Shown in pieces: positions 48,581 to 61,807 of a stretch of 64,000 nucleotides of DNA; the first letter of the stretch is position 1; every line of letters begins with the position of its first letter. A program made the position numbers and the translations under genes. Origin of the DNA: Narcine bancroftii. Taxonomy: Eukaryota. The DNA lies in NCBI RefSeq assembly GCF_036971445.1, contig NC_091481.1, positions 1,612,001-1,676,000 of the forward strand, in the 5' to 3' direction. A model generated the notes under the pieces. The model was not told the DNA's origin, did no database searches, and saw nothing but the letters and a program-made list of their open reading frames with translations.

Positions 48581-50795
48581 TGGCAGATGCTGAATAAACT
48601 GGAACAACTCAAAAGTGGAGGAGAAACTTGGGGAGGAGGGAGGGGGTGAGGTAGCATCTGTGGAAGGCAGTACGTAGTAAATGTTTCAGATGGTAGCAAT
48701 CAGATATTCAAAGAGGAATATGGGGCTAGCTGGGTTAGACAAATGGGTCAGTATCGATGAGTTGGGCTGAAGGGGCTGTTTCTGTGCTGAGTTATTCTTA
48801 AGGCACAATTATTGCCAAGGTAATTTAACATACTGTTGTTGGTGTACCTTGATGTACAGTGTTAACAGGTTATTTGATGCTGGGTGTATTTGGGCAGTGC
48901 GTCTTTGTGGATTGGAAAGACCTGTTACTGTGCTACATATTTTCCATCTCATTGAAAAGCAGGGGGCACTGCCCACTGCTTTAGACCAGAATTTATTGTC
49001 TGAACATGTCACAAAATTCATTGGTTTGCACCATATTTCAAAATAAATTAAAAATAGTGAAAGAAAAAGACAAAGTGTGGTAGTGGTTCATCGGTCATTC
49101 AGGAATCTGAGGGCAGAGGGGAAGAAGCCGTCCCTGTGCCGCTGAGTGCTCATCTTCAGGCTCCTATATCTTTTTCCCGATGGGAGCAGAGTGAAGAAGG
49201 CATGGCCTGGGTGGTGGGGGACCTTGAGGAGAGAGGCTGACCTTTTAAGACACCACCTCATGTAAATGTCCTCGATGGGGTGAAGTCTGGTGCCTGTGAT
49301 GTCACAGGCTGAGGTAACAACCCTCTGGGTTTTTTTTTCTGTCCTGAGTGTTGGCTCCTCCAGTGATGCAACCAGCTAGAAAGCTCTCCAGGGTACGCCA
49401 GAAGAGGTTTTTTGAGAGTGACCACCTTATTTACAACCAATCCTTGTGGAATTGGCCAGGTCATTTAAAGAATTGATATTGGCCACCAGATTATGAAGAA
49501 CCTACCCCTATTTTCCGTGAAAGAGTGTCATGGTTCATGTACCCTTTACTGAGAAGTCAGGCTGCCTAGTTTCACTCCTTACCAGAAAGACCTCTCCATC
49601 CAATGGCACTGCACTTGAGCATTAGATTAAGCGCTCAGCAGGTCATGCAGCATCTGTGGAAAATAAACCATTTTGTGTTGAGGAGCTCTCATCAGAAGAG
49701 GGAAAGTGATGAGTTGCAGTGAGGCTAGGACTACTGGCCAGATGTGCTGTGCTGAGCCCTTTGAGTCGATGAGGTTAGGACTGCTAGCCAGATGTGCTGT
49801 GCTAAACCCTTTGTGCAATAGACTAATAAGGGTAGTCAGAGCAAGACATCAAACAGGGTGGCACAGTTTGTGTCATGGTTAGAGCATCATCTTTACAGCA
49901 CCAGTGATTGGGACCAGGGTTCAAACCCCATGCTGCCTGTACGTTCTCCCCGTGGCTGCGTGGGATTTCCCCGGAGGCTCCGGTTTCCTCCCACCGTTCA
50001 AAACATACTGGGGGTTGTAGGTTAATTGGGTGGCACAGGTGCTAAAATGGGCTGTTACTGTGCTGTATGTCTACATTTAAAAATAAATTCACATTTAAAA
50101 GGATGTGTAAAAGCTGTGAGATGAAAACCCATTACTGTCTATCTTCCAGAACATCATTTTACAATCTCACATTTAATAAAGTAAAAGCAGAAAATGCTGG
50201 GGAAAAAATTCACAGCAGATCGGGTCACATCAGTGGAAAGAGAAATGGTTAGTGTTTTGTGTCTGGGCCCATACATCAGAAACGAGTTGAGGAACCAAGA
50301 TTATTTCTCGAATGGCGTGAGATAATGTCAACACTGAAAGGAATGGTTTCGGCAATGGCAGCCAGGGCTCCAGGATTCTAAATTCCTGCCCTAAATCTTC
50401 CCCTTTCCAGCTCTCTCTGCCCGTTAAACCGAGTCTGAAGTCGTTTGCTCTCTGTTTTTTCGGGTTGGATTTTGTTCAATCACATTCCTGCAGATAATTG
50501 TGTTGGTCAAGGTGCTATATAAATGCAAACTGCTCACGTTGACATAATATTTTGGTGGGTTATCAGGTGACTTTTGCCTAGCACCAACAGAGGGGAACAA
50601 ATGGAAGGTTCCTGGTTTATAAGATTATCTTGGGATGGGGAAGGGGCAGACATTAAACTTGGAATTTGCTCCAAAGTAACTGATACAGAGGTCACTGTGT
50701 AATGTGTCTTGGTGTCATTGGAATTAAAGTTACAGACTCCGCGAATGGGAAAAGGAATTATTGAGTAACAGGATTTCCAAACAATTTTTCTGCAG

Positions 50796-50847
50796 ATCAC
50801 ATGAATGGGTTGAGAGCACCAATCCTACAGAGACGATTGGAATGCAG
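50796..50847 (+). CDS. DCLRE1C: DCLRE1C exon 2
   Basis: tctgcag| (D)HMNGLRAPILQRRLEC(S) |gtactg; 52 bp; completes the metallo-beta-lactamase HxHxDH motif (SHCHKDH). Confidence 0.96.
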
Positions 50848-51067
50848 GTACTGATCCTGATTTGTTTTTCTCTTGGATGCTGTTTGCATGGTCTACCTGC
50901 TGGGCTTTCTGGTAAGGACATAGCTGCGTTGTGAAGGTTGCTTGCTTCAATAGTGTTTGATGGCGCTTTGAACTCCAACTCAGCACCGGAGAGATCAGTT
51001 CGCCAAGCTGAACCTGTGTGGAAAATCCTGTCCATGGTTAGGTCGTTCAGTGATGCACAGCACCCTG

Positions 51068-51299
51068 ATCACACACTTACACACACTCACACGCTCTCTC
51101 ACACACACGCTCTCTCACACACACGCTCTCTCACACACACGCTCTCTCACACACACACACGCTCTCTCACACACACACACGCTCTCTCACCCTCACACAC
51201 ACACGCTCTCTCACCCTCACACACACACGCTCTCTCACACACACGCGCACTCTCGCCCGCGCTCGCTCTCACCTGCTTACGCTCTCTCACACACTCACA

Positions 51300-51345
<46 letters not shown>
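51068..51345 (+). repeat. Compound (CA)n/(CT)n microsatellite
   Basis: Seen directly. Confidence 0.95.
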
Positions 51346-51348
<3 letters not shown>

Positions 51349-52390
51349 GTGACTGTTCCATTCAGGAAGCTCAGCAGCCAACTAGCCCTTGGAATGCTCC
51401 CACACAGGGCTTGCGGTGGCTTCATGGATGCTGTTTGAGGGTTCCCTACCTCATGCATTGCTGATGCCCTTGGGTTACACTCCGTCTGAGATCAGTGATT
51501 GGTCAATGCAGGAGACTGAACCAGGCAGCTGAATGGCTGCAGTCTTGTTGAGTAGGCAGTAAACAGGCGCCTGAACCAAGCCTATGTTTTCCTCGTACCC
51601 TGTTGAAGGACTCAAGCCTAAAACATTGCTTATGTATTTTTAACCTTTGCTATATAAAGTGCACTGTGTGACCTGCTGAGTTTCTCCAGCCTTGGAATCA
51701 TCATTGGAGTTGGAAGGTGATGTCGAAGCCCATGTAGAAAACGTCTATAACCCTGCCCTTGTCAATTCTCCTCTTCAAAAATATCAAATCTGTGAAACCA
51801 AAGTTTCTTCACCCCTGATCTCTCCCAACAAGAATGACAATGCACCATTGAAACACCCCCCTCCCCCCTCCACCACCCCAAAAATCTCATGTCAGCCTGA
51901 CTTGGGCACTGGGTTTCCAACTGGACTGGGGAACAACCAACATGGACTGTATCAGTTGAAGGTGGCCTGACCTTGTGGGGCAGTTTTAGAGCCAGTTCTT
52001 GCTGATGTTACCTGGAAGTCCTCTCTCTCAGACTGAAGACCATCAACACTAGCTATCAAGATTCAAAATTCTTTTATTGTAATAAAACAGAAAATGTAAT
52101 TTTACACCAAATTCCCTTTAGTCTGCTGTAAAGCAGCCAGAGAGTCACCATGAGCATTGTTTGGTGCCCCTTACAGTAGGAGAAAAAGCAGCAAAAGAGA
52201 GTCCCTTCAGAGACACTGAGTGTCTCCAGCAATTCCCGCAGCCTCTGAAGCTGCACCTTCTCCTGTTGGACCCATCAGCTCCAGATCCAAAACTCCGATG
52301 CGATCAGGAAGCCTTCAATGTCCAAGGCTCTTTGGGAACAAGTTGATTGTACATTACTGACAATTATTCTTTATTTCCTTTCCATTGAAG

Positions 52391-52475
52391 TTTGAAGCTG
52401 AGGTTGTATTGTTCACCGGTCACAAAGGAAATTCTGCTAACAAGCAGCAAATACAAATTCTGGGAGAATTATATT
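52391..52475 (+). CDS. DCLRE1C: DCLRE1C exon 3
   Basis: [28 protein letters not shown] |gtaagt; 85 bp. Confidence 0.96.
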
Positions 52476-52529
52476 GTAAGTTGCTTTTCCTTTTTCAATT
52501 CCTTGCTAAGTAGATTTCTTTTTTGTCAT

Positions 52530-53160
52530 TGAACCATAGAGCAGAGAAGCAGGCCCTACGGCCCATCTAGTCTGTGCCAAACTATTATTCTGCCTCGTCC
52601 CATCTGCACCCAATCCCAAACCCTCCATACCCCTCCCATCTCATTCAAATTTCTTTTAACTGTTGAAATCTAACCCACTTTCGCTGGCAGCTCATTCCCC
52701 ACTCTTGCCATTTTGCTTGAAAAAGTTCCCTGAATGTTCTCCTAAAACAGTTCACCTTTCAGCCTTAACCCATGTCCTCTGGTTCTTGTCTCGCCCAACT
52801 TCAGCAGAAAATGCCTACTTGCATCTACATCCCTCATAATTTTATATACCTCTATCAAATCTCCCCCTTTTCTCTGACACTGCAGGGAATAAAGTCCTGA
52901 CCTATTCCACTTTTCTCTGTAACTCAGCTCAAGACCCAACAACACCCTTGCATTCTTTCCATCTTATTGTCACTTTCCTGCAGGTAGGTGACAAAAAAAA
53001 CGACGCAATACTCCAAATTTGGTCTCATTGATGACTTATACAACTTCATCAGAACATCCCAACTCCTGTACTCAATACTTTGATTTATGAAGGCCAACAT
53101 CCCAAAACCTCTATTTACAACCCTATTCACCTGTGATGCCACTTTCAGGGAATTTTGTAT
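52530..53160 (-). mobile_element. CR1-clade LINE 3' fragment
   Basis: FGMLAFINQSIEYRSWDV...RPNLEYCV; GDLIEVYKIMR. Confidence 0.8.
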
Positions 53161-53479
53161 CTCTGCTTATTCTAGCTGACAGCTATTGGTCAAGTTTACT
53201 GGCAGGAAGGATCCATTCTACACAGAATGACAACAGGACAACCTAGTCCCTCCTGGGAAATTCCATCCAGCCATTGCCAATGACACAGTAGCTGCACCTC
53301 AGTGAGCTTCATGCACGTCAACATCAGGAGATGGATGAGGTGGGAAATGACAGAATTAGGTTGACTCTTTGATCCTCTAATTCTTTGTGACCCTCCTCCA
53401 CTCTTAAACCCATATACCAAGGAGTTGAAATAGGCTATTCAGCCATAGAACGGTATAGCACAGAAAATGGGCCTTCTTA

Positions 53480-54925
53480 ACTTTCCTGATTTCCTTCTTT
53501 ATTATTCTCTTACATTTTCTATACTCTGCAAGAACCTCATTAGCTCTTTGTTGCCTATACCGGTTATGAACCTCTCCTTCTTAATCATATCACCAATATC
53601 CTTTGAAAACTAAGGTTCCCTTTGCCTTTAATCCTGGAGGAACATGCAAACTCTGCACTGTCAAAATCTCACTCTTGAATGGCTTCCACTTGCCAGAAAA
53701 CAGCTGATTCCAATCAACTCCTCACAATTTCTACAGAATTGGCCTTTCTCCAATTTGGAACCTCAACTCGAGGCCCAGACCTATCCTTATCCATAAGTAA
53801 CTTGAACCTAATGACATTATGGTCATTGGACCTAAAATGCTCACCTCCAGACTTCTGCCACCTGACCTGCCTGGTTCCCTAACAGATTAAGTATTGCATC
53901 CTCTCTCGTTAGTACCTCAACATATTGATATAGAAAACTTTTTCTGTACACATTTGACAAACTCCAATCCATCCAGTCCTTTTACAGTAAGGGAGTCCCA
54001 TTCAATATGCGGAAAGATAAAATCCTACTACCACAACTTTCTGTATCTTACAGTGGTCTGCTATCTCCCAACAGATTTGCACCTCCAATTCTCCCGGACT
54101 ATTGGGCAGTTTACAAGAGAAGCCCATTAATGTGCTCACACCTTTTCCATTCCTTAGCTCCACCCATATGGCCTCTGTCAGTGAGTCCACACTGTCCTGT
54201 CTAAGCACAGCTGTTATATTTTCCCTGACTAGCAACACCACTCGTCTGCCTTTCATCCTCCCCTCTATCATGTCTGAAACATCGGAACCCTGGAACATTG
54301 AGCTGCCAGTCCTGCCCCTCCTGCACCCAAGCCTCACTCATAGCAATAATGTCCTAATCCCACATGCAAATCCACACCCTAAGCTCATCTGCCTTCCCGA
54401 CAATACTCCTCGCATTGAAATGGACACATCGGAGATCATTTCTATCATGTACAAAACCTCTGCTTTCTCTCTTTACATACAGTCCTCGCATGACCTGACC
54501 CTCCTCCTCCTCACTATCTGCTCTATCACTCTGCTTCCCCTCCCCCTGAGAATCTAGTTTAAACGCCCCTGGAGCAGCACTAGCAAACCTACCCACAAGG
54601 ATGCTAGTTCCCCCTCCAGTTCAGGTGCAAACCGTCCTGTCAGAACAGGCCCCCCACCTTCCATGGAACAGGGACCAATGACCCAGAAACATGAAGCCCT
54701 CCCTCCCGCACCATCTCATTAGCCACATGTTTAGCTGCATTATCTTCCAGTTTCTTGCCTCACCAGCACGTGGTGCGGGTAGTAATAGTGAGATCACCAC
54801 CCTGCAGGTCCCCTGCTTCAACGTTAACTCCCTAAACTCTCCCAGCAGGGCCTCCTCACCCTTCCTACCCATGTCATTGCTCCCTACATAGACCTCGACA
54901 TCTGGCTGCTCACCCTCCCTCCTTA
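53480..54925 (-). mobile_element. CR1-clade LINE 5' portion (ORF1 esterase-like end and ORF2 endonuclease start)
   Basis: VVISLLLPAPR...LNMWLMRWCGREGFMFL; CVHFNARSIVGKADEL; VVLLVRENITAV...EAIWVELRN. Confidence 0.8.
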
Positions 54926-56359
54926 GATTCAGGAGAACTCCATCGATCTAGTCTGCCCCACCATTCTATCAAGACAGGGTTAATCAGTTTCGTAGCTGAT
55001 TTCTGATTTTTCTGCTTCTGTGCTGTTCTCCTGACTCCTAATCCTGTAAACGTTACCCCTTAACGTCCTGAGGAAGGGCCCAGGTCTGAAACATTGGTTA
55101 CCCTTTACTTCCTATGGGCTCTGAGAGACCAGCTGAGTTCCTGGAGCTTTTCTATGTGTTTTACTGCAATCACAGTGTCTGCAGAACCTCATGTTTCACC
55201 CTAATCCCACTGAAGCTACTTTTCAACCTCCCTCATGCTTGACCTGCGGCATCAGAAAAAGTGGAATGTGTGACAACCTTCTCCCCTCACCAAAATTGTT
55301 AATGAGGAATGAACAGGAAGGCCTGTCGACCCGAGAAAGACCCTCTCTTTCCAGAAAGCCCATGTGGTCTTTTTACCTCGTCGGTGTTGTTTTTGTGCAT
55401 TCCATTTCCATATATTCTTGCTTTCATGTGCTGATTTGCCATGTACCACCATTGCCACCCAGTGACACCTTGACATTACTCCTGTCTCCATTGTTTAAGA
55501 GGCTTCCCTTCTAGTCTCAGCCTCTCAATGCAGAGGGACGCCAGACTGTGGTCCTTCCTCGACAAAGCACTCGCGTCAGCTCCACCAAGCCTCAGGTTGT
55601 CTCTCAGCATGTACTCCTGCAGCCTGGAATGGCTCTCAGTCCTTCCAGGTGAAACAGCATTTCACTTGTGAATCTGCAGGGGTTGTCTATTGCATCCACT
55701 ACTCCCTGATGTGGCTGCCTTTACATCGGAGAGACTGGGAGATCCTTTCATTGGGCACTTTGGCTCTGTCCATTGCAACAGCAAGAACCTCCCAGAACTG
55801 CTTCAATTCCACACCCATTGGCACACCAACCCCCTGTCCATGGCCTCCTGCAAACTGGAGGAACAACACCTTCTATCCTGTCTCAGCCATCTCCAACCAG
55901 ATGGCATTAATATCTGTTAACACCCCCACCCCTTCCCAATTCTCTCTTTCCCTCATCCTTCTATCTTCTTCTTGCAGCTCCCCACCCCCCTTCCCTTCCT
56001 TCTATCAGAGAGCTCTCAGCCCTCTCCCTCATCACCTTTCAATTCCCCCCCCCCCCCTTACCTGCACCTGCCAGCCTGTGTTGCTCCCCTTTCCCTCCCC
56101 CACACCCCCCATCTTCTTATTTGGGTGTAGGTGTCTGTGGGAACTTGCTGTGTGCCAGTTGGGAATGACAGCAGTGACTAGATTACAGTAGAGGACTTCA
56201 CAATAGGTTTGAAGGGATGCGAAAGGCACAATAAAATTCAAAGTCTTGCCAGAGCCAGCTAACGTTTTAGGTATTGAGGATGTAGATTTCGGTCTGCATC
56301 GACTGAAACTCCATTTGAACTTTGCAGGGAAAACTGCAGTGAGTGTTTGTTTTTTTCAG

Positions 56360-56419
56360 ACTGCCATTGAAGTGGAAACTCCAACTCAAATCTCCTTGGT
56401 CGATGAGACAGCAGGAAAG
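56360..56419 (+). CDS. DCLRE1C: DCLRE1C exon 4
   Basis: ttttcag| TAIEVETPTQISLVDETAGK |gtagac; 60 bp. Confidence 0.96.
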
Positions 56420-56594
56420 GTAGACGCACCTTGACCTCTCTCTGACCTTCACATTCGGACAGATATAAAAATAAGCGGTCCAAACTAATTTCAAGGTTTT
56501 CTTAAATTGTTACTAAATATTACCCCAAATTAAATTTCAAGAAAAAGTTGAAACAATTCAGAGCATTCTTCAGGTCATCACACACATTCCTCCT

Positions 56595-56852
56595 CCCCTC
56601 CACTGCCTCTATCCATCCATCCACCCCTCGATCGACCATCTTCCCCTCCACCGACTCTCTACCCCTCCACCATCTCCATCCACCCCTCGATCGACCATCT
56701 TCCCCTCCACTGCCTATATCCATCCCTCCACCACCTCCATCCACTTCTCGATCGACCATCTTCCCCTCCACTGCCTCTATCCATCCCTCCACCACCTCCA
56801 TCCACCCCTCGATCGACCATCTTTCCCTCCACCAACTCTGTCTATCCCTCCA
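56595..56852 (+). repeat. Imperfect ~52-60 bp C-rich minisatellite (~4.5 units, core CCCCTCGATCGACCATCTT)
   Basis: Seen directly. Confidence 0.9.
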
Positions 56853-59779
56853 CCTGTCCTGGAAAAGCAGCCAATATACTAAAGGACTCATCCTGCCCCG
56901 GCTGTATCAGAAAGAAGATTCATGTGGGGAAGATCACGTCGCCCCCAAATTTGAGGAAAACTTATCACTTGCATTGATCAGAATCAGAATTTATTGTCAT
57001 GAACATGTGAAATTCGTTGCTTTGCGCATCACAAGTGCAAATTTTGCTAAAAATTATATTTCTGAAAATATAAAAAGTAAATACATTAGTGTCTGTGGTT
57101 CTTTGTCCGATCAGAGGGGGAGAAGCTGTTTTTGTCACGTTTCGTGTTCGTCTTCAGGCTCCTGTAGCTCCTTTCGGAAGGTAACAGAGTGAAGAGGGCA
57201 TGGCCTGGGAAGTGGGGGTCCTTGAGGATAGAGGCTGCTTTCTTCACATGTCCTCGATGGAGTGAAGACTGGTGCCCATGATGGCACTGGCCAAGTTCAG
57301 AACTCTCTATAGCTTCTTCCTGTCCTGAACATTGGCACCTCCATACCAGACAGTGATGCAACCAGCCAGAATGCTCTCTACGGTCCACCTGCAGAAATTT
57401 GCAAGAGTCTTTGGTGATTTACCAAACCTGTCACGAAGTATAGCCGTTGGTGAGCATTCTTCATGATTGCGCAACGTGAAGACACCAAGATGATTCTCCC
57501 AGTGGTAAAGATATATTCCCTTTGCTCCGTACCAACTGATCTCTCTCTGTGACTGCGCTTCTGAACTGTGTTCACTGTATGTTGTCCTACAAATGAGTGG
57601 TCTACTGGTCTGCTCGCAAAACAACCTGTTACCACCACACCTTGGTACACTTGGCACTGAACTGGTGATAAACTGTGATGCTATTTTGTCTGCAATTTAG
57701 TACTTTTGGAACAATTTGGTTTGCAAATCTGCTCACCGTAAGGACAGGTTAAAACTAGGATCAGCTCCTTTCATTTGCAAGCGAGCAGGATGCTAGGCCA
57801 TCTCCCGCCTTTGGAAAGAATCTGTGCCTCTGCATGTGTAGAAGACCACCACATGCCATCCAGGTTTGAGGCAGAGTGCTCCAGTGTGGACATTTACCGA
57901 TGAGTTAGCTGTGGCCCAATGTGGTCGGCCTGGCTTGAAGCAGTTGAACTCTTTACTTCCCACTCCCTGCTGAAGATACTCTCCCCTGGATTCGTGGCTA
58001 GCATCAGCTGGGTTCCCTTGGTATCAGTGTCTTCGAGTGCAGAATCAGTACTGTCCACGCTGACCATCAAACTCCCATTTACGCCTCATTCCCTCCAAAT
58101 TCTTATCAACTCCCCACACCTCCTGACTTGGAAATGTATCAGCAATTTGTACCGTCCACAAGATCCACTGCAGCAACTCCCAGAGACCCCTCAGACAGCA
58201 CCTTCCGATCCCACCACCTGAACCAGCGAGAGGGACAAGGGCAGCAAAAACATGGGGACACCACCCTCTGACCCACACACTGGGAAAGATTATCATAATT
58301 CCTTCTCTGTCGCTGGGTCAGAACCCTCCCCAACAGTAGGCCCCACACCTCGAGGACTGCAGTCAAATCACACACCATCCTGACCTCCCTCCCCAGCAGT
58401 AGACCCACAGCTCAAGGACTGCAGTCATCAACAGTACATCTCGAGACTGCAGTCAGATCCTTGAAACTCCTTCCCCAACAGTACATTCCACACCTCAGGA
58501 TAGCAATGGATGAAGGCAGCTTCCCCTCCACCCTCCGTCAAGGCCAGTTCAATGCTGGCTCAACCTGCGAGGACCATACCCAGAGAAGGTGATGGTGCAG
58601 GGGAAGACCATTCAACCCTTCGAACCTGCACCACTATTCAGTATGATAACAGCTCCAATTCCTGCTTTCTCTGCAGACCCATTTAGCCATAAAGAACCAC
58701 AACCAACTTTGCAGGTAAGAAGTAGGAATTTGCAGGCAGGGGTCCAGAAGCAGGCGGACTGGATTGGGCTGACTCGCCAGTGTCCTCCCATGTCAACCAT
58801 TTCAATCTCGCTGCTTCACAACCTTGGCATCCTTTATCTGTCATGCAAGCAAGCCATGTTGCTTGTGATTGTAAAGCCTTGGCCTTGCAGCTGTGCAGAA
58901 TCAGAATTTATTGTCGTGAACGAGTCACAAAATTCGTTGTTTTGTGGCAGCATCACAGGTGCAAAAATTACTATAAATTACATTTTAAAAAATAAATTAG
59001 TGTAAAGGAAGAGAAAGTGAGGTTGTGCCTGTAGTTCATGAAAGAAGCTGTCCTTGTGCCGTTGAGTGCTCGTCTTCAGGCTCCTGTACCTCCTTCCTGA
59101 TATGGTAGTAGTGTGAAGAGGGCATGACCTGGGTGGTGGGATCTTTGAGGATAGATTCTTAAGCCATCGCCTCTTGTAGATGTCCTCAATGGAGTGGAGA
59201 CTGATGCCCAAGTTCACAACCCACTGTCATTTTTCCCCATCCTGTGCAGACCAGACAGTGATGCAAATGGACAGAATGCTCTCCATGGTTCATCTGTAGA
59301 AATTTGAAAAGGTCTGTGAGATGTACCAAATCTCCTCAAATTCTTCACAAAGCATAGCTGAGCCTTCTTCATGATTAGAACCATAGAACACTACAGCACG
59401 GAAAGCAGGCCATTTGGCCTTTCAAGGATGTGTCTACTTTACCATCATGCAAGCATCAACATGGAGGCCCAGGAATAGCTCTTCAAAGATGTCGATACCC
59501 TGGAATTTGAAGTTCTTCACCCTTTGCACTGCTGACTCCTCGGTGAGAACTGGTTCGTGTTCTCCTGATCTCCCTGTCTTGACTACTGACATGTTATCTC
59601 ATCACAATTCCCCCAACACAGAATCTCTTCCTTGGGCTGTTTGATCATCTGCTGTTGATTTTAAATTGGATAGATTGTGCATCTTAAGAGTACTACATTA
59701 TACAATCTTGTACAGAAGGAATGAGTCGCCCTTCGATTATTCTCTGCAAACATAATGACGCAGTATTTACTTTAAACAG

Positions 59780-59835
59780 AAGGAAGACGTCGTGGTGACT
59801 CTCTTACCTGCAGGACACTGCCCGGGATCAGTTAT
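59780..59835 (+). CDS. DCLRE1C: DCLRE1C exon 5
   Basis: aaacag| [18 protein letters not shown](M) |gtgggt; 56 bp; AGHCPGS motif. Confidence 0.96.
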
Positions 59836-60143
59836 GTGGGTATTAATGCTTTGAATGTCACAGCTTTACTTAACCATAAACTTCATGTTAGGGGACGAGA
59901 CTTTTTTTTAAAACATGAAGTTGTCTTTGAGGAGGGAGAGTGGAACTTTAAAAACTGGAGATTCACGGCCACAGGCTCTCTGAAGGGAGAAAATGGAAAA
60001 TTGTTTAGTGTTCAGAAAGAGTTTTCCTGTGCAGACAGAAGAATTTTCAGGAGTTTGGGGTTGACCTCAAGGACAAATTTGATTACAAGTGGAGTCACCG
60101 GGGAAGTTGTTCATCCAAGAGCAACTGCTTATTGACCAGAGTT

Positions 60144-60173
<30 letters not shown>
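60144..60173 (+). repeat. (TA)n microsatellite
   Basis: Seen directly. Confidence 0.9.
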
Positions 60174-60174
<1 letters not shown>

Positions 60175-61394
60175 CTGAACGGCTTTCTCCCTTAACTGGT
60201 GTTGTGATGAAGGCATATTTCTTGTGAAGCACTTTGTTGCTGTGAATATTCCCATCTAGAATAGATGGCCCTTCAGCCCGTGATGATATGCTGACCCAGA
60301 CATATCTACCAAGAAAAAACAAAATCCTCCCAACCCCATAACCCTCTATTTTTTAAAATAACATGTGCCTGTCTAAGGGTCTCTTAAATACCCTAATGTT
60401 TCAGCCTCCACCACCGTCCCCGGAAATGCATTCCAGGCACCCACATCTCTCTGTGAATATAAAAAAATATTACCCCGGATGTCTCCCCTAAACTTCCCTC
60501 CCTTCACTTTGTACAGATGTCCCCTGGTGTTTGGAACTCCCGCTCTGGGAAACAGGTGCTAACTGTTCACCCAATTTATATCTGTAGTTATCCGGATGAA
60601 AAGCTGTCTAATGCTTTAACCCGTACACAAAACAAGCTATGTCCAATTGTTTTATTCCCTTGAGTGCAGTTATCAAGTCTCTCCCTGGAGTTTATGGGAT
60701 GGTCTCTATGCAGGAAAGATCTCCCAGAGGCCACAGCCAGTTCAACCCCATTCTGACTTGGCCTCGCTGATCTCAGAGATGTTTTGCTTGTTGCTAAAGT
60801 AGCTCGTGTTTCCTTTGCTCATTAAATGTTACTGCTGTTTATTGACCATCGTGTTGATCAGTTTGGCTACTTTGTCCTGGATGGTGTCAAGCTCTGGGAT
60901 TGATTTGAGAAACCTTGTCTCTATTGTGGCTGCATAGTCTCTCTACATTTTATTTAATATTTTCTGGCTTTGTTCAAATATGTGAAATAGTGCCAGGAGG
61001 CCCGTCATTCAATAAGATTACATCTGATCTGGCCATGGACTCAGCTTCACTAACCCCGCCCCCGTTCCCCAGAACCTATAACTCCCCTACAATGCAAAAT
61101 CTATCTCTCTGCACCTTAAATATATTCAGAGAAGTAACCTCTACTGCTTCCTCGCACAGAGAATTCCACTACTCTCCAGAAGATGCAGTTCTTCCTCATC
61201 TCTGCCTCAAATCTAGAAGCTGTGTCCCCGGCTCTAGTCTCACCTACCAGTGGGAACAACTCTCCTTGCCCTTACCCTGTTCCTTTCATGATCTCATCCA
61301 CGTACATTTAATTAAAAAGAATGTAATTTATAGATATCCAGACTACTAGCTTTCACAGTGAGTTTTTGGTGAGTTTCTCTACTTCCTGCCACAG

Positions 61395-61496
61395 GTTCCT
61401 ATTTGAAGGAATGGCTGGCACTGTGCTGTACACCGGAGACTTTCGATTGGCAAAAGGAGAAGCTGCTCGCTTCGAGTTGCTGCATTCAGGAGGAAG
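61395..61496 (+). CDS. DCLRE1C: DCLRE1C exon 6 (gene continues beyond the window)
   Basis: ccacag| [33 protein letters not shown](R) |gtaaaa; 102 bp; TGDFR motif. Confidence 0.96.
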
Positions 61497-61807
61497 GTAA
61501 AACATTCATTTCCTTTGTAGTTTGGCTTCCAGACGATGACGTGTACATGTTTTGGACTTCATAAATCAAAATATTGAGCACAGGAGTTGGATGTTTTGTT
61601 AAGTTATACAAGACATTGTTGAGGCTAAATTTGGAGTATTGTGTGCAGTTTTGGTCACCTAACTACAGGAAAGATATCAGTGAGATAGAAAGAGTGCAGA
61701 GAAGATTTACTAGGATGTTTCCTGGACTTCAGGAACTGAGTTACAGGGAAAGGTTAAACAGGTTAGGACTTTATTCCCTGGAGTGTCAAAAAATGAGGGG
61801 AGATTTG

